A model generated the notes under the pieces. The model searched no databases. It was not told where the DNA came from and saw only the letters and a list, made by a program, of their open reading frames with translations. This document shows, in pieces, positions 23,701-34,200 of a stretch of 64,000 bases of DNA. The stretch is from contig OZ037838.1 of the NCBI GenBank assembly GCA_964035575.1, positions 1-64,000 on the forward strand, read 5' to 3'. The position numbers and the translations under genes are program-made. Source of the DNA: Rhynchopus sp. YZ270_cl-10. Taxonomy: Eukaryota. Each line of letters opens with the position of its first letter. Position 1 is the first letter of the stretch.

Positions 23701-23827
23701 CCCTGATCATTTTAATATTGGTACAGGGTCTCCTGAACATGAATTGGAAACACACAAAAATGGTTTGGAACAATTGCATAGGGGATTTCCCAATGAGATT
23801 TTATATCAAGTTGATTGGGAGTTGTGA
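17780..23827 (+). CDS. Helitron Rep-helicase transposase (Zn motif, HUH Rep, Pif1 helicase, NLS, OTU-like C terminus), 2015 aa
   Basis: Zn motif CRKC..CC. Rep motifs PDYFLTMTANPHW, EYQKRGLPHLH and RYLFKYLFK. Pif1 motifs GAAGTGKT, ASSGIAA, IVFDE, GGDFKQILPV, LCNGTR, QFPV..TINKSQGQTL and HGQLYVALSR. Basic patch KKRKR..KKRKK. OTU-like GDGTCFYHA...DHFN. Confidence 0.95.
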   Translation: MFEGGYQNLYGHMIEEDFDDCAREPPSKDWSRYLTNMRESLRLSAETSRMQLEDINFFCSQYETPHTQCDVCEWCLQRYNKTKTHDPYCLFRHMHITHVAKCRLAYVIASIRTITNKASFRDLFSVHPELESLWNCSLDSLTPSDKKKIKLLEEEKRDGMQGLSPYILGSIENCANDICKRWLEKRSDTLRTNGPICQALVAEFENRVSTSEMCGRSLDPSLHSAAMKLEDYTNGCVSYADIGGMNSVCRKCGAKLFSGEVRGEGRYGICCNRIKASGIPAPIEFENDDHKRLFSDQTFLKNSYRLNSYHQMAKALHTPHKLFSNTRGIHNIVVKGKGVKKIMGLSDDAETRNQTWFVGGYNEQDRALKGLQEMERIPELERDTTLYQDIMTMLKDNCYVRMFRRASVLMDSAEENTHVAINFDDLRGPEKTGREYANAAAEDELRAVYTVSTGTDDHKYAAGWGRQQYSVIMQGEAEGEGSDRYSRKISDFDARFEPLCFPLIHVCPKDSTGWRHSRKDEATPNPYSGVSAQEYGCFHLFSRATEKNPDGEPGPALIGRKLTEYFFLQLGIRAITQRISYHSQQIVKKYATKEFLEEARVTTVVENRRVTTHDATNDATTATTTLYASYPRGKRARIQDLNDSLALKARLGCPDYFLTMTANPHWPEILRELRPGERPCDRSDLVHRVFNLKMDQLERKLKENALGTYQAMVRVVEYQKRGLPHLHLLLWVSKEHKPKSAAIFDMAVSCQLPDPETQEELYNLVSEQMMHTKCDTVPSARCKVPGPDGNARCKQHYPKNFRKDTLATETGMYSYGMRPENGRTSAVAEKDQERARKLATEGKVHPSCRDNRYVVSYNIVLLTQFMSHFNIEAVGSPVVIRYLFKYLFKDDEYANVSVTAKDGEKNKTDECMSYLTGIHIGSLEAIGYLLGTKMRYIDPSVTRLDVHLAGQQRLYYFPGKEAEALDKATDTTLTAWFAANSDAKRDPSSKYQGIQTLNYITVPEYFAFSRDKAEWTLRKSYVYCPRTESLVTTDRSRAAKSHLLAIGRLYRTPVLDKELQALRTILMVRKGPTSFDDLMTVEGKKCESFTDAANEMGLLQDGELVKLTLVDAVKTTVSGRCLRFTLAVLLNSFAIPPNSMKELWKTYKVELCKRPLKQGETAPDEEATVSEQEENEALLDIQNVLRNICGSDVKLEVFGLPTPTAAVRSANDGVSWVMKDEIYNMEKQWQEWEKIEPKLNTKQREAVQRVQLSVTQGKGEMFLLQGAAGTGKTFTYQAMLSWCRSHRGVPAQGDTHRPNIALAVASSGIAAMLLPGGRTSHNRFKFPLDLYPDDHHSVCKLTKEIEDLIRTTDLIVFDEVVMANRGHIELLDRTCRKVTGKAMWFGGITVVLGGDFKQILPVTEGDKSATLKNCLHTSPLFQNMTMLSLIEIMRQKDDKKWATYLGTIGDGSCNDRDGSISLPINLYRKNCGDYVVPDDLITHVFPLIGEGVVGNGMILAPTNKAQKAMNNICLKRLCGKQKEVLHEFQLTGKDTCTEESVEGESAIDSDVMNAYQQTGIPDHCITVKVGAPLMLLKNLNPPKGLCNGTRFIVTGVTQLNIQGIIVGDPKRVGTAVNIPRVKNTPDEKKAGFSMQRVQFPVALSFASTINKSQGQTLDRVGLDLTESQCFAHGQLYVALSRCPKAEHVKVAVPLKKWTKSTRTIVEPYRVSNPVYKDMLKSVADRGLEGIFMQLTEAEEAMLQSYHVMTDKEYSEQTHRQAKMPPPSDDHKFWDPMPMQCESIQFEDAEDLVYVAKKRKRDPEDKSPKKRKKNNPTSAETTTAQKPKLSITRVLGDGTCFYHAVDQSITKRIGQGNQLRSELELFVVQNSTTIKHHPLIVPENANTVSSIVGTYNALMNRITGRIDGTYATSDYAEQIEFALVSLLKRVLITIVKMNQDNKPSSFHFLGNNLSTEQVLANIPAKDRIILLHTSNPDHFNIGTGSPEHELETHKNGLEQLHRGFPNEILYQVDWEL

Positions 23828-24119
23828 ACATACAAAAAAGAGAAAAATGAAAGAGTGGTAACAATCGGGGGTATTTTTGCGGGTTGGGTTGGGTATTTTT
23901 TGGGATTGTGGGTTTGGGGATATTAGTTTTGAACACAATACAAATGAAGCATGAAATATGAGAGAACAAAAACAAAGGAACATTTTATATTTCAATTTTT
24001 CCTCAAACCCCCCACACACAGCCACACACACCCCCACAGAGTAGCCACAATATGTCCTCAATCAAGAGAGAATTTTACCAGTCAGGTACATGCGAGGGGA
24101 AAACCCGCAAACGCCTTAT

Positions 24120-24745
24120 GCAGCCAAAAATCCCTGTATTTTCAATACAGGGATTTTTGGTCGGGATTTTGGCTCTCTCTTATGGACAGAACGTAATTTA
24201 TGGACAGATTTGTCGACATTTCTGTCCATAAATCCCAAAATGGCCAAAAATATTTTTTTAAATGGCTTACTGTATTGGCTTCATCGGAGCAATTGCGTCG
24301 AAGTATGGTGGTCGTAGGCCCAAAAATACGTAGTAGACATTAATTTACTTGGCCTACTGAGGTCTGTGGGCACCCTTACAGGGCCTTATACAGGGAATTA
24401 CTGTGTACAGTGCATAAAAACTCACAAACCACAGGTTACCTGCAAACATCAATACACATACTGCAATAGGTTATTCAGGTATGTGGAACAAGGCATTATG
24501 CAAGCAAAAATCCCTGTATTTTCAATACAGGGATTTTTGGTCGGGATCTTGGCTTTTATGGACAGAACGTAATTTATGGACAGATTTGTCGACATTTCTG
24601 TCCATAAATCCCAAAATGGCCAAAAATATTTTTTCAAATGGCTTACTGTAGTGGCTTCATCGGAGCAATTGCCTCGACGTATGGTGGTAGTAGACTCCAT
24701 GAATCGTAGTATACAAAAGGTTACTTGGCCAACTGATGTCTTTAC
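24120..24745. repeat. Two tandem copies (3 and 4) of the double-hairpin module downstream of the Rep-helicase
   Basis: Perfect 17-bp stem CCAAAAATCCCTGTATT-TTC-AATACAGGGATTTTTGG at 24124-24160 and a second copy at 24505-24539. Each is followed by the TTATGGACAGA hairpin. Confidence 0.85.
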
Positions 24746-24962
24746 GGTATACCTGCAGTCGGCCACATAAACGATATTACTAAACATTCATAAATTCTCA
24801 CACACGCAATAAATATAAACTCCACTTTAGCAACGTGAACTCAAATGCTAATACCTCACCTCACCAACAAGATTCCCTAAGAATAACACAATAGAATATT
24901 TTCGATACACCAGCCGGTAACACTTCACACCAGCCTGCCTCATATGGTTGCTCACTTCTCGT

Positions 24963-25265
24963 ACGGGTTTGCGGGTTTGCGGGTTTGCGGGTTTGCGGGT
25001 TTGCGGGTTTGCGGGTTTGCGGGTTTGCGGGTTTGCGGGTTTGCGGGTTTGCGGGTTTGCGGGTTTGCGGGTTTGCGGGTTTGCGGGTTTGCGGGTTTGC
25101 GGGTTTGCGGGTTTACGGGTTTGCGGGTTTGCGGGTTTACGGGTTTGCGGGTTTGCGGGTTTGCGGGTTTGCGGGTTTGCGGGTTTGCGGGTTTGCGGGT
25201 TTGCGGGTTTGCGGGTTTGCGGGTTTGCGGGTTTGCGGGTTTGCGGGTTTGCGGGTTTGCGGGTT
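24963..25265 (+). repeat. (GCGGGTTT)n array
   Basis: Preceded by ATGGTTGCTCACTTCTCGT and followed by the same core as at 3400. Confidence 0.95.
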
Positions 25266-28200
25266 ACACTATATATATTACCGGGTTTCAGGTCAAATGG
25301 ATGGCAACGTTCCCCACAAGAGCGGGTTTGCGGGTTTGCGGGTTTGCGGGTCTGCGGGTCTGCGGGTCTCAAACCCGCAGACCCGCAGACCCGCAGACCC
25401 GCAGACCCGCAGACCCGCAGACCCGCAGACCCGCAGACCCGCAGACCCGCAGACCCGCAGACCCGCAGACCCGCAGACCCGCAGACCCGCAGACCCGCTG
25501 CGGGTTTGCGAAATTAGTATTTTTGCCTGTGGTGACCTTTTAGCCGAAATTTTCGACACAGTGGTCTGACAGAAAAAAACGCGTGAAATTAAGGGGTCGG
25601 AGTGCTATGTGGAAAAAAAACCGAAAAATTCAGCCAACCCGCAATTCAGCAAACCCGCTGAGATTTTGCGGGTTCGCGGGTTCGCGGGTTGTCGGGTAGG
25701 CAAAATTGGAAATTTTCCAAAATTTTCCACATAGCACATATCCCCCTTAATTTCACGCAAATTTTCCACAGAATCCACTGTCACACAAATTTTCGTGAAA
25801 AATATTTTTGTGGCAAAAATCCTCTTATGTGTATTTTTGCGGGTTTGCGGGTCTGCGGGTCTGCGGGTTTGCGGGTTACACTATATATATTACCGGGTTT
25901 CAGGTCAAATGGATGGCAACGTTCCCCACAAGAGCGGGTTTGCGGGTTTGCGGGTTTGCGGGTCTGCGGGTCTGCGGGTCTCAAACCCGCAGACCCGCAG
26001 ACCCGCAGACCCGCAGACCCGCAGACCCGCAGACCCGCAGACCCGCAGACCCGCAGACCCGCAGACCCGCAGACCCGCAGACCCGCAGACCCGCTGCGGG
26101 TTTGCGAAATTAGTATTTTTGCCTGTGGTGACCTTTTAGCCGAAATTTTCGACACAGTGGTCTGACAGAAAAAAACGCGTGAAATTAAGGGGTCGGAGTG
26201 CTATGTGGAAAAAAAACCGAAAAATTCAGCCAACCCGCAATTCAGCAAACCCGCTGAGATTTTGCGGGTTCGCGGGTTCGCGGGTTGTCGGGTAGGCAAA
26301 ATTGGAAATTTTCCAAAATTTTCCACATAGCACATATCCCCCTTAATTTCACGCAAATTTTCCACAGAATCCACTGTCACACAAATTTTCGTGAAAAATA
26401 TTTTTGTGGCAAAAATCCTCTTATGTGTATTTTTGCGGGTTTGCGGGTCTGCGGGTCTGCGGGTTTGCGGGTTACACTATATATATTACCGGGTTTCAGG
26501 TCAAATGGATGGCAACGTTCCCCACAAGAGCGGGTTTGCGGGTTTGCGGGTTTGCGGGTCTGCGGGTCTGCGGGTCTCAAACCCGCAGACCCGCAGACCC
26601 GCAGACCCGCAGACCCGCAGACCCGCAGACCCGCAGACCCGCAGACCCGCAGACCCGCAGACCCGCAGACCCGCAGACCCGCAGACCCGCTGCGGGTTTG
26701 CGAAATTAGTATTTTTGCCTGTGGTGACCTTTTAGCCGAAATTTTCGACACAGTGGTCTGACAGAAAAAAACGCGTGAAATTAAGGGGTCGGAGTGCTAT
26801 GTGGAAAAAAAACCGAAAAATTCAGCCAACCCGCAATTCAGCAAACCCGCTGAGATTTTGCGGGTTCGCGGGTTCGCGGGTTGTCGGGTAGGCAAAATTG
26901 GAAATTTTCCAAAATTTTCCACATAGCACATATCCCCCTTAATTTCACGCAAATTTTCCACAGAATCCACTGTCACACAAATTTTCGTGAAAAATATTTT
27001 TGTGGCAAAAATCCTCTTATGTGTATTTTTGCGGGTTTGCGGGTCTGCGGGTCTGCGGGTTTGCGGGTTACACTATATATATTACCGGGTTTCAGGTCAA
27101 ATGGATGGCAACGTTCCCCACAAGAGCGGGTTTGCGGGTTTGCGGGTTTGCGGGTCTGCGGGTCTGCGGGTCTCAAACCCGCAGACCCGCAGACCCGCAG
27201 ACCCGCAGACCCGCAGACCCGCAGACCCGCAGACCCGCAGACCCGCAGACCCGCAGACCCGCAGACCCGCAGACCCGCAGACCCGCAGACCCGCTGCGGG
27301 TTTGCGAAATTAGTATTTTTGCCTGTGGTGACCTTTTAGCCGAAATTTTCGACACAGTGGTCTGACAGAAAAAAACGCGTGAAATTAAGGGGTCGGAGTG
27401 CTATGTGGAAAAAAAACCGAAAAATTCAGCCAACCCGCAATTCAGCAAACCCGCTGAGATTTTGCGGGTTCGCGGGTTCGCGGGTTGTCGGGTAGGCAAA
27501 ATTGGAAATTTTCCAAAATTTTCCACATAGCACATATCCCCCTTAATTTCACGCAAATTTTCCACAGAATCCACTGTCACACAAATTTTCGTGAAAAATA
27601 TTTTTGTGGCAAAAATCCTCTTATGTGTATTTTTGCGGGTTTGCGGGTCTGCGGGTCTGCGGGTTTGCGGGTTACACTATATATATTACCGGGTTTCAGG
27701 TCAAATGGATGGCAACGTTCCCCACAAGAGCGGGTTTGCGGGTTTGCGGGTTTGCGGGTCTGCGGGTCTGCGGGTCTCAAACCCGCAGACCCGCAGACCC
27801 GCAGACCCGCAGACCCGCAGACCCGCAGACCCGCAGACCCGCAGACCCGCAGACCCGCAGACCCGCAGACCCGCAGACCCGCAGACCCGCAGACCCGCTG
27901 CGGGTTTGCGAAATTAGTATTTTTGCCTGTGGTGACCTTTTAGCCGAAATTTTCGACACAGTGGTCTGACAGAAAAAAACGCGTGAAATTAAGGGGTCGG
28001 AGTGCTATGTGGAAAAAAAACCGAAAAATTCAGCCAACCCGCAATTCAGCAAACCCGCTGAGATTTTGCGGGTTCGCGGGTTCGCGGGTTGTCGGGTAGG
28101 CAAAATTGGAAATTTTCCAAAATTTTCCACATAGCACATATCCCCCTTAATTTCACGCAAATTTTCCACAGAATCCACTGTCACACAAATTTTCGTGAAA

Positions 28201-31200
28201 AATATTTTTGTGGCAAAAATCCTCTTATGTGTATTTTTGCGGGTTTGCGGGTCTGCGGGTCTGCGGGTTTGCGGGTTACACTATATATATTACCGGGTTT
28301 CAGGTCAAATGGATGGCAACGTTCCCCACAAGAGCGGGTTTGCGGGTTTGCGGGTTTGCGGGTCTGCGGGTCTGCGGGTCTCAAACCCGCAGACCCGCAG
28401 ACCCGCAGACCCGCAGACCCGCAGACCCGCAGACCCGCAGACCCGCAGACCCGCAGACCCGCAGACCCGCAGACCCGCTGCGGGTTTGCGAAATTAGTAT
28501 TTTTGCCTGTGGTGACCTTTTAGCCGAAATTTTCGACACAGTGGTCTGACAGAAAAAAACGCGTGAAATTAAGGGGTCGGAGTGCTATGTGGAAAAAAAA
28601 CCGAAAAATTCAGCCAACCCGCAATTCAGCAAACCCGCTGAGATTTTGCGGGTTCGCGGGTTCGCGGGTTGTCGGGTAGGCAAAATTGGAAATTTTCCAA
28701 AATTTTCCACATAGCACATATCCCCCTTAATTTCACGCAAATTTTCCACAGAATCCACTGTCACACAAATTTTCGTGAAAAATATTTTTGTGGCAAAAAT
28801 CCTCTTATGTGTATTTTTGCGGGTTTGCGGGTCTGCGGGTCTGCGGGTTTGCGGGTTACACTATATATATTACCGGGTTTCAGGTCAAATGGATGGCAAC
28901 GTTCCCCACAAGAGCGGGTTTGCGGGTTTGCGGGTTTGCGGGTCTGCGGGTCTGCGGGTCTCAAACCCGCAGACCCGCAGACCCGCAGACCCGCAGACCC
29001 GCAGACCCGCAGACCCGCAGACCCGCAGACCCGCAGACCCGCAGACCCGCAGACCCGCAGACCCGCAGACCCGCAGACCCGCAGACCCGCAGACCCGCAG
29101 ACCCGCTGCGGGTTTGCGAAATTAGTATTTTTGCCTGTGGTGACCTTTTAGCCGAAATTTTCGACACAGTGGTCTGACAGAAAAAAACGCGTGAAATTAA
29201 GGGGTCGGAGTGCTATGTGGAAAAAAAACCGAAAAATTCAGCCAACCCGCAATTCAGCAAACCCGCTGAGATTTTGCGGGTTCGCGGGTTCGCGGGTTGT
29301 CGGGTAGGCAAAATTGGAAATTTTCCAAAATTTTCCACATAGCACATATCCCCCTTAATTTCACGCAAATTTTCCACAGAATCCACTGTCACACAAATTT
29401 TCGTGAAAAATATTTTTGTGGCAAAAATCCTCTTATGTGTATTTTTGCGGGTTTGCGGGTCTGCGGGTCTGCGGGTTTGCGGGTTACACTATATATATTA
29501 CCGGGTTTCAGGTCAAATGGATGGCAACGTTCCCCACAAGAGCGGGTTTGCGGGTTTGCGGGTTTGCGGGTCTGCGGGTCTGCGGGTCTCAAACCCGCAG
29601 ACCCGCAGACCCGCAGACCCGCAGACCCGCAGACCCGCAGACCCGCAGACCCGCAGACCCGCAGACCCGCAGACCCGCAGACCCGCTGCGGGTTTGCGAA
29701 ATTAGTATTTTTGCCTGTGGTGACCTTTTAGCCGAAATTTTCGACACAGTGGTCTGACAGAAAAAAACGCGTGAAATTAAGGGGTCGGAGTGCTATGTGG
29801 AAAAAAAACCGAAAAATTCAGCCAACCCGCAATTCAGCAAACCCGCTGAGATTTTGCGGGTTCGCGGGTTCGCGGGTTGTCGGGTAGGCAAAATTGGAAA
29901 TTTTCCAAAATTTTCCACATAGCACATATCCCCCTTAATTTCACGCAAATTTTCCACAGAATCCACTGTCACACAAATTTTCGTGAAAAATATTTTTGTG
30001 GCAAAAATCCTCTTATGTGTATTTTTGCGGGTTTGCGGGTCTGCGGGTCTGCGGGTTTGCGGGTTACACTATATATATTACCGGGTTTCAGGTCAAATGG
30101 ATGGCAACGTTCCCCACAAGAGCGGGTTTGCGGGTTTGCGGGTTTGCGGGTCTGCGGGTCTGCGGGTCTCAAACCCGCAGACCCGCAGACCCGCAGACCC
30201 GCAGACCCGCAGACCCGCAGACCCGCAGACCCGCAGACCCGCAGACCCGCAGACCCGCAGACCCGCAGACCCGCAGACCCGCAGACCCGCTGCGGGTTTG
30301 CGAAATTAGTATTTTTGCCTGTGGTGACCTTTTAGCCGAAATTTTCGACACAGTGGTCTGACAGAAAAAAACGCGTGAAATTAAGGGGTCGGAGTGCTAT
30401 GTGGAAAAAAAACCGAAAAATTCAGCCAACCCGCAATTCAGCAAACCCGCTGAGATTTTGCGGGTTCGCGGGTTCGCGGGTTGTCGGGTAGGCAAAATTG
30501 GAAATTTTCCAAAATTTTCCACATAGCACATATCCCCCTTAATTTCACGCAAATTTTCCACAGAATCCACTGTCACACAAATTTTCGTGAAAAATATTTT
30601 TGTGGCAAAAATCCTCTTATGTGTATTTTTGCGGGTTTGCGGGTCTGCGGGTCTGCGGGTTTGCGGGTTACACTATATATATTACCGGGTTTCAGGTCAA
30701 ATGGATGGCAACGTTCCCCACAAGAGCGGGTTTGCGGGTTTGCGGGTTTGCGGGTCTGCGGGTCTGCGGGTCTCAAACCCGCAGACCCGCAGACCCGCAG
30801 ACCCGCAGACCCGCAGACCCGCAGACCCGCAGACCCGCAGACCCGCAGACCCGCAGACCCGCAGACCCGCAGACCCGCTGCGGGTTTGCGAAATTAGTAT
30901 TTTTGCCTGTGGTGACCTTTTAGCCGAAATTTTCGACACAGTGGTCTGACAGAAAAAAACGCGTGAAATTAAGGGGTCGGAGTGCTATGTGGAAAAAAAA
31001 CCGAAAAATTCAGCCAACCCGCAATTCAGCAAACCCGCTGAGATTTTGCGGGTTCGCGGGTTCGCGGGTTGTCGGGTAGGCAAAATTGGAAATTTTCCAA
31101 AATTTTCCACATAGCACATATCCCCCTTAATTTCACGCAAATTTTCCACAGAATCCACTGTCACACAAATTTTCGTGAAAAATATTTTTGTGGCAAAAAT

Positions 31201-34200
31201 CCTCTTATGTGTATTTTTGCGGGTTTGCGGGTCTGCGGGTCTGCGGGTTTGCGGGTTACACTATATATATTACCGGGTTTCAGGTCAAATGGATGGCAAC
31301 GTTCCCCACAAGAGCGGGTTTGCGGGTTTGCGGGTTTGCGGGTCTGCGGGTCTGCGGGTCTCAAACCCGCAGACCCGCAGACCCGCAGACCCGCAGACCC
31401 GCAGACCCGCAGACCCGCAGACCCGCAGACCCGCAGACCCGCAGACCCGCAGACCCGCAGACCCGCAGACCCGCAGACCCGCTGCGGGTTTGCGAAATTA
31501 GTATTTTTGCCTGTGGTGACCTTTTAGCCGAAATTTTCGACACAGTGGTCTGACAGAAAAAAACGCGTGAAATTAAGGGGTCGGAGTGCTATGTGGAAAA
31601 AAAACCGAAAAATTCAGCCAACCCGCAATTCAGCAAACCCGCTGAGATTTTGCGGGTTCGCGGGTTCGCGGGTTGTCGGGTAGGCAAAATTGGAAATTTT
31701 CCAAAATTTTCCACATAGCACATATCCCCCTTAATTTCACGCAAATTTTCCACAGAATCCACTGTCACACAAATTTTCGTGAAAAATATTTTTGTGGCAA
31801 AAATCCTCTTATGTGTATTTTTGCGGGTTTGCGGGTCTGCGGGTCTGCGGGTTTGCGGGTTACACTATATATATTACCGGGTTTCAGGTCAAATGGATGG
31901 CAACGTTCCCCACAAGAGCGGGTTTGCGGGTTTGCGGGTTTGCGGGTCTGCGGGTCTGCGGGTCTCAAACCCGCAGACCCGCAGACCCGCAGACCCGCAG
32001 ACCCGCAGACCCGCAGACCCGCAGACCCGCAGACCCGCAGACCCGCAGACCCGCAGACCCGCAGACCCGCAGACCCGCAGACCCGCAGACCCGCAGACCC
32101 GCTGCGGGTTTGCGAAATTAGTATTTTTGCCTGTGGTGACCTTTTAGCCGAAATTTTCGACACAGTGGTCTGACAGAAAAAAACGCGTGAAATTAAGGGG
32201 TCGGAGTGCTATGTGGAAAAAAAACCGAAAAATTCAGCCAACCCGCAATTCAGCAAACCCGCTGAGATTTTGCGGGTTCGCGGGTTCGCGGGTTGTCGGG
32301 TAGGCAAAATTGGAAATTTTCCAAAATTTTCCACATAGCACATATCCCCCTTAATTTCACGCAAATTTTCCACAGAATCCACTGTCACACAAATTTTCGT
32401 GAAAAATATTTTTGTGGCAAAAATCCTCTTATGTGTATTTTTGCGGGTTTGCGGGTCTGCGGGTCTGCGGGTTTGCGGGTTACACTATATATATTACCGG
32501 GTTTCAGGTCAAATGGATGGCAACGTTCCCCACAAGAGCGGGTTTGCGGGTTTGCGGGTTTGCGGGTCTGCGGGTCTGCGGGTCTCAAACCCGCAGACCC
32601 GCAGACCCGCAGACCCGCAGACCCGCAGACCCGCAGACCCGCAGACCCGCAGACCCGCAGACCCGCAGACCCGCAGACCCGCAGACCCGCAGACCCGCAG
32701 ACCCGCAGACCCGCAGACCCGCAGACCCGCAGACCCGCAGACCCGCTGCGGGTTTGCGAAATTAGTATTTTTGCCTGTGGTGACCTTTTAGCCGAAATTT
32801 TCGACACAGTGGTCTGACAGAAAAAAACGCGTGAAATTAAGGGGTCGGAGTGCTATGTGGAAAAAAAACCGAAAAATTCAGCCAACCCGCAATTCAGCAA
32901 ACCCGCTGAGATTTTGCGGGTTCGCGGGTTCGCGGGTTGTCGGGTAGGCAAAATTGGAAATTTTCCAAAATTTTCCACATAGCACATATCCCCCTTAATT
33001 TCACGCAAATTTTCCACAGAATCCACTGTCACACAAATTTTCGTGAAAAATATTTTTGTGGCAAAAATCCTCTTATGTGTATTTTTGCGGGTTTGCGGGT
33101 CTGCGGGTCTGCGGGTTTGCGGGTTACACTATATATATTACCGGGTTTCAGGTCAAATGGATGGCAACGTTCCCCACAAGAGCGGGTTTGCGGGTTTGCG
33201 GGTTTGCGGGTCTGCGGGTCTGCGGGTCTCAAACCCGCAGACCCGCAGACCCGCAGACCCGCAGACCCGCAGACCCGCAGACCCGCAGACCCGCAGACCC
33301 GCAGACCCGCAGACCCGCAGACCCGCTGCGGGTTTGCGAAATTAGTATTTTTGCCTGTGGTGACCTTTTAGCCGAAATTTTCGACACAGTGGTCTGACAG
33401 AAAAAAACGCGTGAAATTAAGGGGTCGGAGTGCTATGTGGAAAAAAAACCGAAAAATTCAGCCAACCCGCAATTCAGCAAACCCGCTGAGATTTTGCGGG
33501 TTCGCGGGTTCGCGGGTTGTCGGGTAGGCAAAATTGGAAATTTTCCAAAATTTTCCACATAGCACATATCCCCCTTAATTTCACGCAAATTTTCCACAGA
33601 ATCCACTGTCACACAAATTTTCGTGAAAAATATTTTTGTGGCAAAAATCCTCTTATGTGTATTTTTGCGGGTTTGCGGGTCTGCGGGTCTGCGGGTTTGC
33701 GGGTTACACTATATATATTACCGGGTTTCAGGTCAAATGGATGGCAACGTTCCCCACAAGAGCGGGTTTGCGGGTTTGCGGGTTTGCGGGTCTGCGGGTC
33801 TGCGGGTCTCAAACCCGCAGACCCGCAGACCCGCAGACCCGCAGACCCGCAGACCCGCAGACCCGCAGACCCGCAGACCCGCAGACCCGCAGACCCGCAG
33901 ACCCGCAGACCCGCAGACCCGCAGACCCGCTGCGGGTTTGCGAAATTAGTATTTTTGCCTGTGGTGACCTTTTAGCCGAAATTTTCGACACAGTGGTCTG
34001 ACAGAAAAAAACGCGTGAAATTAAGGGGTCGGAGTGCTATGTGGAAAAAAAACCGAAAAATTCAGCCAACCCGCAATTCAGCAAACCCGCTGAGATTTTG
34101 CGGGTTCGCGGGTTCGCGGGTTGTCGGGTAGGCAAAATTGGAAATTTTCCAAAATTTTCCACATAGCACATATCCCCCTTAATTTCACGCAAATTTTCCA

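Larger units (their letters stand above)
3400..24780. mobile_element. Putative giant cargo-carrying Helitron, cassette A (boundaries approximate)
   Basis: An intact Rep-helicase is linked to six other genes, with the same order and orientation repeated from about 49058. The hairpin module occurs on both sides. No canonical TC/CTRR termini found. Confidence 0.45.

Noticed and set aside
23828..24960. Canonical Helitron 3' end (short GC hairpin followed by CTRR)
   Set aside because: No convincing hairpin-plus-CTAG terminus was seen by eye, so element boundaries are left approximate.
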